59,683 bases of DNA, from positions 59,461,750 through 59,521,432 of the forward strand of contig NC_068987.1 in assembly GCF_001194135.2 (NCBI RefSeq). Direction: 5' to 3'. Position numbers and translations under genes: made by a program. This document shows, piece after piece, positions 13,046-26,331 of the stretch (within the stretch, counting starts at the first letter, position 1; the number at the start of each line of letters is the position of its first letter). Below the pieces are notes generated by a model. That model searched no databases, was not told where the DNA came from, and worked only from the letters and a program-made list of their open reading frames with translations. Source of the DNA: Octopus bimaculoides (Eukaryota).

Positions 13046-13892
13046 NNNNNNNNNNNNNNNNNNNNNNNNNNNNNNNNNNNNNNNNNNNNNNNNNNNNNNN
13101 NNNNNNNNNNNNNNNNNNNNNNNNNNNNNNNNNNNNNNNNNNNNNNNNNNNNNNNNNNNNNNNNNNNNNNNNNNNNNNNNNNNNNNNNNNNNNNNNNNNN
13201 NNNNNNNNNNNNNNNNNNNNNNNNNNNNNNNNNNNNNNNNNNNNNNNNNNNNNNNNNNNNNNNNNNNNNNNNNNNNNNNNNNNNNNNNNNNNNNNNNNNN
13301 NNNNNNNNNNNNNNNNNNNNNNNNNNNNNNNNNNNNNNNNNNNNNNNNNNNNNNNNNNNNNNNNNNNNNNNNNNNNNNNNNNNNNNNNNNNNNNNNNNNN
13401 NNNNNNNNNNNNNNNNNNNNNNNNNNNNNNNNNNNNNNNNNNNNNNNNNNNNNNNNNNNNNNNNNNNNNNNNNNNNNNNNNNNNNNNNNNNNNNNNNNNN
13501 NNNNNNNNNNNNNNNNNNNNNNNNNNNNNNNNNNNNNNNNNNNNNNNNNNNNNNNNNNNNNNNNNNNNNNNNNNNNNNNNNNNNNNNNNNNNNNNNNNNN
13601 NNNNNNNNNNNNNNNNNNNNNNNNNNNNNNNNNNNNNNNNNNNNNNNNNNNNNNNNNNNNNNNNNNNNNNNNNNNNNNNNNNNNNNNNNNNNNNNNNNNN
13701 NNNNNNNNNNNNNNNNNNNNNNNNNNNNNNNNNNNNNNNNNNNNNNNNNNNNNNNNNNNNNNNNNNNNNNNNNNNNNNNNNNNNNNNNNNNNNNNNNNNN
13801 NNNNNNNNNNNNNNNNNNNNNNNNNNNNNNNNNNNNNNNNNNNNNNNNNNNNNNNNNNNNNNNNNNNNNNNNNNNNNNNNNNNNNNNNNNNN
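13046..13892. other. Assembly gap (one of about 13 N-runs, e.g. 17274-17526, 19493-20300, 27708-28094, 29229-29413, 30788-31078, 31887-32111, 34259-34591, 52307-52569, 55245-55515)
   Basis: Runs of N, mostly abutting microsatellites. Confidence 0.99.
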
Positions 13893-14610
13893 TTGGTGAA
13901 GGTGCATTAATAATTCTGGTAGCTCCAATAACAAGTGCAGGCAATATTCAAGTATTTTGATGGCTTTTTCCCCTTTGTTTACGAACAGTCTAGTTAATCG
14001 GAAATGTCAGAACTAACGGGGATTAATACCATATACACCGTCACAGCAGTTACTGTATTCAACTGAATAGACGTCAGTGATTAGTTGAAATTATCGAAAT
14101 AAGACAATTTTTAACGTGAAATAACTTCGAATACAAAATTTATTATCTGTTCTATACCACAAAATATACAAGTATACGAAGTATGAAAGTGTTTCGGTAC
14201 CAAAAACAGTACATAAAAAAATGTTGCCCGTCAAATCACAAAAGTCCGAGAATTTTCCCTTTCGCGAAAGATAAGAGAAAAGCATGCGATTTTCACCCAT
14301 CTTATTCCAAAATCTGTAACAACAACGACGACGATACGACTTCTACTTCTTATACCATCCAACCACCACCATCAGAGATTATAGCGCATCACAAATCTTC
14401 CCTCAAAAAATAATTGCTGGTGCTAACAATAAGGTCACGGAAATAACACTCATGACATTCGAAGGCCGATTATTGGGAGAAATATTGTGAGGTCGAGCCT
14501 AATAATTTACTTCCTAGAAGAGAAGATATCGAAGGAGACAAGAGAACCTGAAACCATGTGATCAGGAAACAAACTTCTTAGTCAACGATCCAAGTGCACG
14601 TACTATATGT

Positions 14611-14686
<76 letters not shown>

Positions 14687-14777
14687 AACTTATAATTTTG
14701 GCTGGATTTTTTATTGTTTTTCGTATAATACCTCGTCTTTATATTCATATAATCAATCACTCAACCAGAATATACCC

Positions 14778-15093
14778 AGATACTTAGTTGAAGAGCGTAG
14801 GCTCGAAACGTAAAAGATTTTCTTACCTTCCCGAGCGTTAAACTAATACACCTGTTTGTTGTTTATACACCTGTCTTCATCTTTTGTTTTACTGTAAATT
14901 TCAGCCATGATTGACTGCCAGATCCAAAAGATCTTTTTTATTCTCTCTCTGTTTATTTCCTCGTGTTCCTTTCTGTTGAAGAGCGTAGGCTCGAAATGTA
15001 AAATACTTTCTCACCTTCCCGAGCGTTAAACTAATACAGCTGTTTGTTGTTTACACACCTGTCTCCGTCTTTTGTTTTTCTGTGAATTTCAAC

Positions 15094-15095
<2 letters not shown>
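14778..15095 (+). repeat. Tandem pair (188-nt period) of a Penelope-terminus / retrozyme-like repeat
   Basis: gttgaagagcgtaggctcgaaa...ccttcccgagcgttaaactaataca...cacctgtct...aatttca occurs at 14787 and 14975. Confidence 0.7.
14969..15004 (+). ncRNA. Hammerhead-like motif with CUGUUGA core (second of two tandem copies; first at 14787-14817)
   Basis: cttt-CTGTTGA-A-GAGC-gtag-GCTC-GAAAT-GTA-aaat. The upstream copy keeps GAAAC-GTA-aaag, so the consensus closes stem I (CTTT/AAAG). Confidence 0.5.
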
Positions 15096-15131
<36 letters not shown>

Positions 15132-15528
15132 TTTGTGTGTCTGTGTTTGTCACCCCAACATCTCTTGACAACTGATGCTGGTGCGTTTGCGTCCCCGTAA
15201 CTTAGCGGTTCGGCAAAAGACACCGATAGAATAAGTACTAGGCTTACAAAGAATAGGTCTTGAGGTCGATTTGCTCGACTAAAGGCGGTACTCCAGCATG
15301 GCAGCAGTCAAACAACTGAAACAAGTAAAAGAATAAAAGAATGGGCCAAAAAATTTGAGGATTAGTGGATTCCATCGATCCCAGTACTTGATCCAGAGAG
15401 AAGAAAGGCAAAGTTAACCTCAGCAGGATTTGAACTCAGAATGCAAAGAGACGGAAGAAATGCCACGATGCTTCTTTTTGTTTTTTTTTTTTGAGCTCTA
15501 GCGATTCTGCTTGCTTAAGAAGGTTATA

Positions 15529-15700
15529 CCGTATTTGACGGTGTATATAACGCACTCTCGCATAAGATGCACCCCTACTTTACGAGTGTATTTTGTGGAA
15601 AAAAAAAACAAATTTAATGTTTCATCATACATACTTGCAATCGGTATCCCATCCGTAATGCAGTCGCATTAAACATATGGCAACACTTTGTCACATTTAA
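15529..15700 (+). mobile_element. Tc2/pogo-like transposon end (single terminus)
   Basis: TA|CCGTATTTGACGGTGTATATAACGCAC..ATAAGATGCACCCC. The matching TIR was not found. Confidence 0.45.
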
Positions 15701-16407
15701 GAACAAAAAAAAGAACTGTGTTTTATATTGTAATATAAATCATGTTTCATCTACGGCGTCTGTTAACAGCTATTACTTCTTCTTCGGGAGCATATCGTAA
15801 CTCAGCTGTATGTATAAATCTTACGCGCTTCTTACAGTATCACTATGTTGCAAGCTTTTTGGCTAAGTCCTCAATTTTGGGGAAACCCTCTACTGTTCCG
15901 TACTACCGGCTACAAGGGCTGTGAAAAAAACAAAAAAACTCGTGATTGCTGCTTTTCCCTCTATTACTAAGCTATTAAAAAAATCTAATAATGTCTGACT
16001 CACCATAAACATTTACTTTTTTTGTATTATTTCTGTAAATTAAATATTGTTTTCTTATATTGTTCTTATAATTGTTCTTACAGGGTCATTACAGACTTCA
16101 TATTCGAGTATTGGGAGATGAAAAAGAGGAACTCGGCTGCCTGGAATTAAAGTTTTCGATCAGAAAACGGAGTAAAGGATGGTTTTTTAAAACTTGAACT
16201 GTCTTTCGTAATGGCAGGAGTTATGGTTAAGGCTTTCTAGAATGGAATCGGAAAATTTGCAAACAAAGAAAAACTTCATATATATATATATATATAATTA
16301 TAGACACACACGCAAACATACATCAATTCATAAGTACGTTTCGTACATACATTCATGCATGCATACGTACGTACCTACCTACCTACCTACCTACATACAT
16401 ACATATA

Positions 16408-16438
<31 letters not shown>

Positions 16439-17222
16439 TGCAAACCACCAGGTAACCGCGAAATCTCCGATGTGTACTGAAACGGGACCTAATATTTTTA
16501 CTTATTTAACCTCTGATTTGGCTTATTCATGAAGAAAATGAACTGAGAACTTGGATTAATGGATTATAAGGATCAACAATAACAGTTATACAAACTATTG
16601 TAAAAAGCATGACGAAACGATGATGGTGATAATGATGATGACAACGACATCGATGACGACGATGATGACAGTTGTCTACGTCATCATAATCAGGGTCACG
16701 ATCACAACAATGGTCATAGCCATCATATTAATGTTATAACAATTACTAATGGTTTTGCATATAATAATTTTCAATGTACCACTGCTATAAACATGACTAA
16801 CAAGGCTAATGAAGAAGCCACTACTTGTTTGACCTAAAAGAAATAACAGTCAACTCACCCTCAAAGAACATCCTAAAGAACATACAATAAACATTGTGCA
16901 CCTTGATATGCAAAAATACACACACATAGATACAAAAACGATGAAAATGAGGATGAAGGGAAAAAAGACAATGTGTATATCAAAGCATGCTTATATAGAT
17001 ATAGATATATAAATATATGTATATTTACACAATTATAACAAAAACTTATATAGATGTAAAATTATATATATTTTTTCAGAATATTCTTGTGCTATTATTT
17101 TGTATATACAAATTGAATAATACCTTTGGTTGTTGATGTAGATATGAGTGTATGTGCATGAGCGTGCATATTTATACGTGTCTATGTGTATGCATATATA
17201 TATATATATATCCACATACAAT

Positions 17223-17264
<42 letters not shown>

Positions 17265-17925
17265 ATATATATANNNNNNNNNNNNNNNNNNNNNNNNNNN
17301 NNNNNNNNNNNNNNNNNNNNNNNNNNNNNNNNNNNNNNNNNNNNNNNNNNNNNNNNNNNNNNNNNNNNNNNNNNNNNNNNNNNNNNNNNNNNNNNNNNNN
17401 NNNNNNNNNNNNNNNNNNNNNNNNNNNNNNNNNNNNNNNNNNNNNNNNNNNNNNNNNNNNNNNNNNNNNNNNNNNNNNNNNNNNNNNNNNNNNNNNNNNN
17501 NNNNNNNNNNNNNNNNNNNNNNNNNNTCCTAATTAATAATAATTCGGATAGAATAAATGGGTTAATAGAAACCAGGGTAGCGAAGATCACAAAATAACTG
17601 TGGTGTAATTCCTGTTTTTGAGGCAGAAACTCCTTGATATTTTGGGTATTTGAGTATATATAAATTTAAGGAATGGAGTGAACGCATGTTATAACTGCAT
17701 ACTTTATTCCGACATATGTTTCGAAGAATTACAATTTATGCGATCCATAGGAATCGTGTTTAAGATGATCCCCATACATTTCCCTGAGGAGAAGTTTACA
17801 TTTTTAACATCGACGATTCCTATGGATCGCATAAATTGTAATTCTTCGAAACATATGTCGGAATAAAGAATGCAGTTATAACATGCGTTCACTCCATTCC
17901 TTAAATTTATGCATATATATATGTA

Positions 17926-17959
<34 letters not shown>

Positions 17960-18689
17960 CATTAGTAGTATATGTATGTGTGTGCGGGGTGTATGTATCT
18001 TTGTGTCTGTATTTGTCTCCCAACACTGCTTGACAACCGGTATTGTGGGATTTACCTCCCCGTGAACTAGCGGTTCGGCAAAAGAGAACGATAGAATAAG
18101 AACACCAGTCCATTGCAACGTTACCCATTTACAGCTGAGTGAACCAGACCAACGTGAAATGAAATGTTTTGCTCAAAAACACAGCGCTTAGCCGATCTAG
18201 GAATCGAAAGTACGACATTGCGATTGCGAGTGCAAGATCCTTTACGCTAGGATCCGCGACTTCACACACATATACACGCGCGCGCACACGTACACACCCA
18301 CACACACACATACACATACACATGCATACAAAATGGTCATGTGTTTGGCGAATATCAAAAATCAAAATGATGATTTGTATATTTACTTTTAATTAGTTTC
18401 AGCAAACTCAAACGTGAATATATGGTAAGCGCTTTTGAATTTCGTCATAGGAGAACAACTACTTTTAGACGAATGTGTCTTCATAGACGTTACTGAATGG
18501 TTGAAATTACCGAAATACGACAACCTTAACACGAAATAACTTCGAAAATAAAGAATTTTCTTAAAAGCGCCAAGAGTAAATGATGTTTTAAATGACACAT
18601 TCTACCAGTATACGAAATTTGAAAGTGTTTAGTTACAAAAAATTATTTTTTCTATGTGCCGGCCAAAAGGAAAAGATCCCAAGTAACCG

Positions 18690-19110
18690 GCAACTTTTTC
18701 ATACAGTGTAAAGAGAGGGATTGCTCAGTGCCTAAAACATCGAGCAAAGAATATAAGTAGCGATCGTGATACACACCATGAAGAAATGATCAAGCTCAAT
18801 AACAATCTATTAAGCAACAGCTACCCCCAAAACATACTATCCACTCCAATTATGAAGAAAAGAGAGGATTAAACCAATAAACTGTCCACGGTCTGTCTAC
18901 CGTATGTGAAAGGGCTCTCCGAAAAGGTACAAAAGATATGCAGGCCATATCAGGACAGTATTCAAGAGTAATACAACACTTCGCAAATATCTCCTTCGAG
19001 TAAAACCACCAATAGAAAAAGATATGACCAAAGACTGCGTGTACTCCATCTCATGCAGCTGTGGTAGGTTATACAAAGGCGAAACATGTCGCCCGCTCAA
19101 AATAAGGGTA
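18690..19110 (+). mobile_element. Penelope-like element fragment (linker + GIY-YIG endonuclease start), degenerate
   Basis: Translates, with stops and a frameshift, to KRGIAQCLKHRAKNISS..NSYPQ..VCLPYVKGLSEKV..TVFKSNTTLRKYL..VYSISCSCGRLYKGETCRPLKIR, the PLE VY..YxGET pattern. Truncated by a SINE. Confidence 0.85.
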
Positions 19111-19111
19111 G

Positions 19112-19400
19112 CATTCGGCTCACGATCGTGAGTTCAATTACCAGCGACGCGTTGTGTCCTTGTGCAAGACACTTTATTTCACGTTGCTCCAGTCCACTCA
19201 GCTGGCAAAAATGAGTAGTAACTGTATTTCAAAGGGCCAGCCTTATCACACACTGTGCCTCACTGAATCTCCTTGAGAACTACGTTGAGGGTACACGTGT
19301 CTGTGGAGAGCTCAGCCACTTGCACGTTAATTTCACGAGCAAGCTGTTCCGTTAATCGTATCAGCTGGGACCCTCGTCGTCGTAACCGATGGAGTGGCAC
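19112..19400 (+). mobile_element. SINE with ttgctccagtccac central domain and family-A tail
   Basis: From about 19225 it matches the family A 3' half (ttcaaaggg.cagcc..cacttgcacgttaatttcacgagc). Confidence 0.8.
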
Positions 19401-21878
19401 ATACATATATATATATATATATATATAGTTATTAATATTTCTAAGTCTCTCTAAAGGAGACTACGGCAGCGGTACTGGAAATTAATAGTTATNNNNNNNN
19501 NNNNNNNNNNNNNNNNNNNNNNNNNNNNNNNNNNNNNNNNNNNNNNNNNNNNNNNNNNNNNNNNNNNNNNNNNNNNNNNNNNNNNNNNNNNNNNNNNNNN
19601 NNNNNNNNNNNNNNNNNNNNNNNNNNNNNNNNNNNNNNNNNNNNNNNNNNNNNNNNNNNNNNNNNNNNNNNNNNNNNNNNNNNNNNNNNNNNNNNNNNNN
19701 NNNNNNNNNNNNNNNNNNNNNNNNNNNNNNNNNNNNNNNNNNNNNNNNNNNNNNNNNNNNNNNNNNNNNNNNNNNNNNNNNNNNNNNNNNNNNNNNNNNN
19801 NNNNNNNNNNNNNNNNNNNNNNNNNNNNNNNNNNNNNNNNNNNNNNNNNNNNNNNNNNNNNNNNNNNNNNNNNNNNNNNNNNNNNNNNNNNNNNNNNNNN
19901 NNNNNNNNNNNNNNNNNNNNNNNNNNNNNNNNNNNNNNNNNNNNNNNNNNNNNNNNNNNNNNNNNNNNNNNNNNNNNNNNNNNNNNNNNNNNNNNNNNNN
20001 NNNNNNNNNNNNNNNNNNNNNNNNNNNNNNNNNNNNNNNNNNNNNNNNNNNNNNNNNNNNNNNNNNNNNNNNNNNNNNNNNNNNNNNNNNNNNNNNNNNN
20101 NNNNNNNNNNNNNNNNNNNNNNNNNNNNNNNNNNNNNNNNNNNNNNNNNNNNNNNNNNNNNNNNNNNNNNNNNNNNNNNNNNNNNNNNNNNNNNNNNNNN
20201 NNNNNNNNNNNNNNNNNNNNNNNNNNNNNNNNNNNNNNNNNNNNNNNNNNNNNNNNNNNNNNNNNNNNNNNNNNNNNNNNNNNNNNNNNNNNNNNNNNNN
20301 GTGTGTGTATGTCTGTGTTTTCCTCCCACCATTGCTTGACAATCGATGTTGGTGTGTTTGCGTTCCCGCAATATAGCGGTTCGGCAGTAAACACCGATAG
20401 GATAAGTACTAGGCTTACAAAGAATAAGTCCTGGGGGCGTTTTGTTCGACCAAAGGCGGTGCTCCAGCATGGCCGCAGTCAAATTACTGAAACAAATAAA
20501 AGAATATATATATAACACAATATTATATTATATATAATATATGATATATTAAATTGTATTATATAATATGTTTATATGCCTGCATATATATATTTGCTCG
20601 CGTGTCTGTGTCGCTTCGGCTTGCTAATAACCAGTTGCTAGAATTCAATATGGTTATGCTTTAGAATAAGTATCAAGTACAGACCGTAATATCAATTAAT
20701 GAAGAAGAAGAAGAGTTACATAATCACTTTCATTAGCTTATAGCTGTTTCCGTTATAAAAAAATATATATATTGCACTCGGAGCTAAGTGCTCTTGCAAA
20801 ACAGACTAGAACAGTTCGTGTTCATTTTCTAACTGTAAGAAAAGAAAAAGTCACTTTAAAATAGTTGGCAAGTCCAGTACGAAATATCTTTGAACAATAC
20901 TTAAGTAATTGTGGTTTTCCGATTCAGAAAATGCATGTTATAAAAGTAATATCTCACAGGATATTTACAGCACTTCAAGGAAAATCCAAGTTCAATCAAA
21001 GAATTTAAAGTAAATTCCATCGATAAAATTGCTGATAAAATTATATTCTACTGTATTTGAGAGAAAGATACATTTGATAATGTAATCCAAGGTCCACTCA
21101 ATTTTGACCTGGAGCTGAACAACGACTGCACTACAATACTAAGGGAAATAACTCTTCTTAACCTAATAAAGTTATATAACTTCGTAACAAATATCGATGC
21201 TAAAATATCTTGTACAAATATTTGTATTTATGTATCTATTTTAATCGACCACAAAGAATTCATAACGACGAAATATAGTTGTGTGTAGCATAAATACTAT
21301 GGCAGTAACGAATAGTCCTGGTTCTCCAGATACTTGGATTCAGATGTTACTTTCTTAGAAAATGCTAATCTAGAAAATAATTATATATCGATTGTAAACC
21401 TGGAAAATATAAAGCGCAGACAGGAAATTTTCGGACAGTTTTCGAATTACGAGTGAAGTTTTACAATATTCAAACGAAAAAAAAAGAATGTGTATTCTTC
21501 TTCAGTCCATTGATAACATCATCAACTTCTCAAGGCTTCTAGTCATTAACGATGTGGTCAGATATTGCCCAAAATATTTACGTTCAGAATGACGTAAGGG
21601 CAAATAAAATAAAAGGCATCTCTTATCAAAAGTAAGATAAACATCGTCACCCGGGTGGTTTTCTGGTTTGTAATATACAAGGGTTGTATTGAAAGTTAGG
21701 CAAAAATGAAGATAACTTTTACCCTCTTTAAACATAATTCGTTTAAATTGCACATATCAATAGAGTAACTCTTCCTCTTACTGTAACTCTTCTTCCTGTA
21801 CTTCATTGCAAGCAAGTATAGGCTTCTAGGCTGAAGCTACAAGCTGTCGTTGAGTTCTTGTCCCATGAACACATGCAC

Positions 21879-22164
21879 CACCCCCGTTTGTCAGCGAGCA
21901 TTTTTTTCCTTCATATTTCTTTCATATACAGTGCATTTCAACTGCTACACTACTTCTTTTTTTTTTTTTCCACCGGTTGTGGATCTAGTGAGGTTTAGAG
22001 CTCGGGTTATGTAAGGCTGATCGTGTGAATTTTCCGAGCCCTCTCAAAACCCCACCCCACCCCCATTTGTCAGCGCGCATTTTTTCCTTCATATTTCTTT
22101 CATATACAGTGCACTTCAACAGCTACACTATTTTTAAAAAATTTTTCCACCGGGTGTGGATCTA
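21879..22164. repeat. Direct repeat, two copies of about 108 bp (21879-21987, 22058-22164), 70-bp spacer
   Basis: Direct alignment by eye shows few mismatches. Confidence 0.9.
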
Positions 22165-23949
22165 ATCCAAATTTTTTTTTTAACTTGTAAAATTTCTTTT
22201 TAAAATTTGATGGAAAGACTGTGATAACTTCAATCCTTTGTTTCCATATTTGAAATGCACAGCCTGTGTTTTAATTAGTTCTGGAAATATTGAAGTATTT
22301 AGTAAAATAACATGATGTAAGGTTTTAATTCAGATTACATTAAATAAGAATTTTGTATCATAGAACCAGAATGCAATCTCAGATGAGGTGGTACCAAAAG
22401 AATTGTGATGTTAACTTTTTTTTATTTAGGGTATGAACCATTTTCCATTTTTTACTTCTTTATAGCACTGAAACCTGATACAGATGGCAAACAATGTTGA
22501 CAAGCTTGTTGTGTTACTTCATGTCAATCTTATTCAAGCCAAACTTTGATCAAATGGATTACAGCCTTATTACCATCCCTTTTACCAAACACAGTGCAGA
22601 GAGGTTGAATGATCATGTAGTATGATATTAGTGCCTCACTCACAGGAAAAGGACCATTCAATTATAAAGTGAGGTATCTATATATCAGCCAAGAAACTAG
22701 GATATGTATATAATGAGCATTGACAAATTGTTCAGTTGTCTAACATTTTTATTTCATTCATTTTTGATGGTTTTGTCAGTCAATAAGTTCATAGCTGGCT
22801 CAAGAACTTGTAAGAAACTTCTGAGTTTGATTGAGAAAGAAACTATGACTAGTAGGTTATCCTCAGATCAGTGACCTCATCCATATGCAATGTGACTTGC
22901 AAAAAATACCATTTCTAATTTTTGGTAGATATTTAACATCATTGCTGGAATAACTGTGAAATATAATTTTATAGTTGAAGTGTTAAAGTTATTACACATT
23001 GAATGGCTATCCTTTCTACTAATATATATTCTATTTTGAAAGAAGGAAACTAATTTTTAGTTACACAATCTAAAGCAAGCAAAGTGCTGTAGCTTGACAG
23101 CTGCATCAAGTTGTCAAGCATCTTACTTTTACAGTAATTGTGCCTCTATCAGAGAATATTCTAAACTACTACATTGATTTAATCTATTAAAATATTAAAT
23201 AAATGTTAACTGGAATGACTCTTTACCTTTCAATAATTAGAAATCAATATATTCTAAATTTGATAACATCTTTTGAATTTCTTTTTAAACACATGCACAG
23301 CAACATTTAATAGTCTCCCATAAAATCTTAAACAATTTTAAGTGCAGCACCATCATCATTATTGTTTAACATCCACTTTCCATGCTGACATGGAGCTGGC
23401 TAGCAGGGAATTGTCCAGACTCTAATTGTCTGTTGTGGCATGGTTTCTATGGCTGGATGTCCTTCTTAATGCCAACCATTTAACAGTGCGTGCTAGGTGC
23501 TTTTTACATACCGGAGAACTGACTCTTTAAAGCAGTGAAAATGGTTAACATTACACAAGGTGTACATTTTACAGATAGATATATGGTAAAGGATTTAGGA
23601 GGGCCATCAACTTTAAACCGAAACTTTAGCAGAAATATTTAAAGTATCCAACATGGATACCACAGAGGTCAATATAAATATTCAATGTGAATACACATTT
23701 TTAAAAGCTAAGAGCATGTCTATGAATACACACACATGTATATACATACATGTGTGTATGTGTATATATATGTGTGTATACACACACACACACAAACACC
23801 ATGTTAAAGTTAAATATATATATCCTGAGAATAAACAGGTAAATCCAATACAATGTTAACATATTGCTGAAAAGAAATGTATGCAATATAGACACGTAAC
23901 TCCAAATGTATCCAAAAATTTACTGTATTCAGTGTAAATATTATAGATG

Positions 23950-25060
23950 TGTAGCTATACTATATCAAATATAGACACATATAGTTTAATTAAGTCCAGA
24001 GTAGGAAACAGCTTATCCGTCTCTCAACAGATAATGTTATTCATAGTGAGTTTGGAACTCCACAGAATTTAAGATGAAGAAACAACTAAAGTGTAATCAG
24101 TAGTATGGATACACATGTAAAGAATATCCTATATGGATAGCTGCCTTAAGCATATCTTGTGTTGATATACATCAAGTATATCCTATGTGAATACATATCT
24201 CAAGTACAATGTATATGAATATACATTTTAAGTATATCTTATGGAAGATACACATATAAAGTATATTCTACATATATAAAGTATGTCCTCTGTAGATACA
24301 CATTTAAAGTACAAGGTGGTATCAAAAAGTTCCAGGACTAGTTCTGTCGTGCACACAGTGAGAGCTAGCAGTGACCTTCATGAGGCAGTGTGCCAAGTGA
24401 CATCACTGTATTTACTTTGCAAGTTGTGAGATTTGTGTTTTTGTGATGATGTACATGTTGTAGTCTGTGACATGGTTTCATTTCCATACCTGCCCTATTT
24501 GCCAGATTTAGCACCTGCAGACTCCCATCTCTCCCACAAGATGAAAATGTAGCTCAAAGGTCACTGTTTTAACACCACTGTCGAGATCAAGAGCTAATTG
24601 CAAAAGATCCTTGACTCACTGACAGAAAACAACTTCCAGGCCAGATTCTGAAAGTGGCAGGAACTCTGGGACCAGTGTATTGCTGCACAAGGTGACTATT
24701 TCAAATGAGATGGTGTTAAAACTTAGGTAAATAAGTTATTTTTTATTAAATATAAATAGTCCAGGAACTGTTTGATACCAACTTGTATATCCTCTGTGGA
24801 CACACATCTAAAGCACATGCTATGTAGATATACATCTTATGTTTTTCCTACATATTGCACATATATATTGTGTCGATAAACAAGTGTATCCCATGAAGAT
24901 ATACAGTAAAAGTATCTGTTCAAATTTATCTGGTATGGATAACAGCTTAAATGTATCCTACATGGATTGATCAAATGCACCTTTTGACCTTTTGCAGATA
25001 CACAGCTCAGGTGCATCCTATGTGAGATACACACAGCTAAAGTATATTTAATAAAGTGAT
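23950..25060. repeat. Degenerate 27-28-bp minisatellite (aagtatatcctatgtggatacacat) split by the mariner
   Basis: Decayed units at 23950-24311 and 24786-25060; related units at about 29950-30140. Confidence 0.7.
24312..24785 (+). mobile_element. Internally deleted mariner (474 bp)
   Basis: TA target duplication at 24310-11 and 24786-87; about 29-bp TIRs starting CAAGGTGGTATCAAAAAGTTCC. Internal remnant PYLPDLAPADSHL..KW..LWDQCIAAQGDYF is a mariner C-terminus. Confidence 0.9.
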
Positions 25061-25639
25061 ATATTACAAAATGATGAGAACCAAAAATAAATATGCATGA
25101 AATTTGAATGAACAGATGCATTTTATGTGAATAGATAAAAAATGAATAACGTGGGGTAGAGAAATCTGCAAATATTCATGAATAAAAGAGAACTGTACAT
25201 CTTATGTTGTAAAAGGTTTTTTCTTGAGTCAAACGCAAACTAAGAACAATAACATTGCTCACAAGTATGTATCTGAAATAACAAAGTTTTATTAAAAAAA
25301 AAAAAAACTACAGGCTAGAAAAATATTAGTATGCATTCAATGTAAATGCACAATTAAATAAAAAATGTTGGAATGTAAATTATGCTAATTTGGTTGGTGT
25401 ATACAATGCAAATACACTTTAACCCCTTAGTATTCAGGTTACTCTGTAAAATGTATTCAGGTTACTCTGTTTTTAATAAATAATGTAATATTTCATAGCT
25501 TCAAGATTCCAATGTTGAAATTGTTTATTTTGGAATGACAGCACAGGTTAGGTGTGAAAGGCTGGAAATGGCTGGTTTAAATGCTTAAGGATTAGAATTG
25601 GCAATGTATAGAAATAACCAACCCTATAATAATGTCTGT

Positions 25640-26290
25640 CTGTCATTGCTTTCAATAATTGCTGATGACCAGGACATCACATGAGAGATGGTGGGTCATG
25701 AGGTGTTTGGTTGTGGCCGATCAGTCCAATGTGCACTCAGAAAGCTCTCCCACAGGTTGGTCACTGGTGTTTTGCTGGGACTGAAGGCAAGGGGTAGGTT
25801 CTGGACTTGTGCAGCTTATGCTTTCTTAGTGCTCATCATCATCGTTTAACGTCCGCTTTCCATGCTAGCATGGGTTGGACGATTTGACTGAGGACTGGCA
25901 AGCCAGAAGGCTGCACCAGGCTCCAATCTGATCTGGCAGAGTTTCTACAGCTGGATGCCCTTCCTAATGCCAACATGATACTATTCTGTTTGTAGGAGGT
26001 GATACCTCTGTTGATGCTGCTCCACCAGGCAGGGTGGTCCTTGCATTTCCCAGGTGTTGGCGTTGATCTGAAAGCACTTCAAAGAGGCTTTGAATGTATA
26101 TTTGAGATACTTTCTATGCTGCCTACCCTGTGTGTGCTTGCCTTCTGCCAATTTACTGTAAAACAGTCTTTTGGGTAGCTGCATGTCAAGCATTTGAACA
26201 AGCTGACCTGCCCATCAGACTTGTACTCTCATCAGCAGTGTGTAAATGCTTGGCAGATCAGCTCGAGAGAGGACCTCCATGTTTAGGAAT
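25640..26290 (-). mobile_element. RTE LINE 3' ORF2 fragment, degenerate, interrupted by a SINE at 25834-25974
   Basis: EVLSRADLPSIYTLL..WAGQLVQMLDMQLPKRLFYSKLAEGKHTQG..LKASLKCFQINANTW, an RTE C-terminal pattern. Confidence 0.8.
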
Positions 26291-26331
26291 ACCAATAGTA
26301 CTCAATGAATATTCTAATATAAAGATATGTC

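Noticed and set aside
21060-21753. Protein-like open stretches (YLDSDVTFLE..., SIDNIINFSRLL..., ORF 21502-21753)
   Set aside because: No family recognised and no mutually consistent splice structure.
21879-22164. CRISPR-like repeat-spacer-repeat
   Set aside because: Only two units, far too long (about 108 bp), eukaryotic context, no cas genes.
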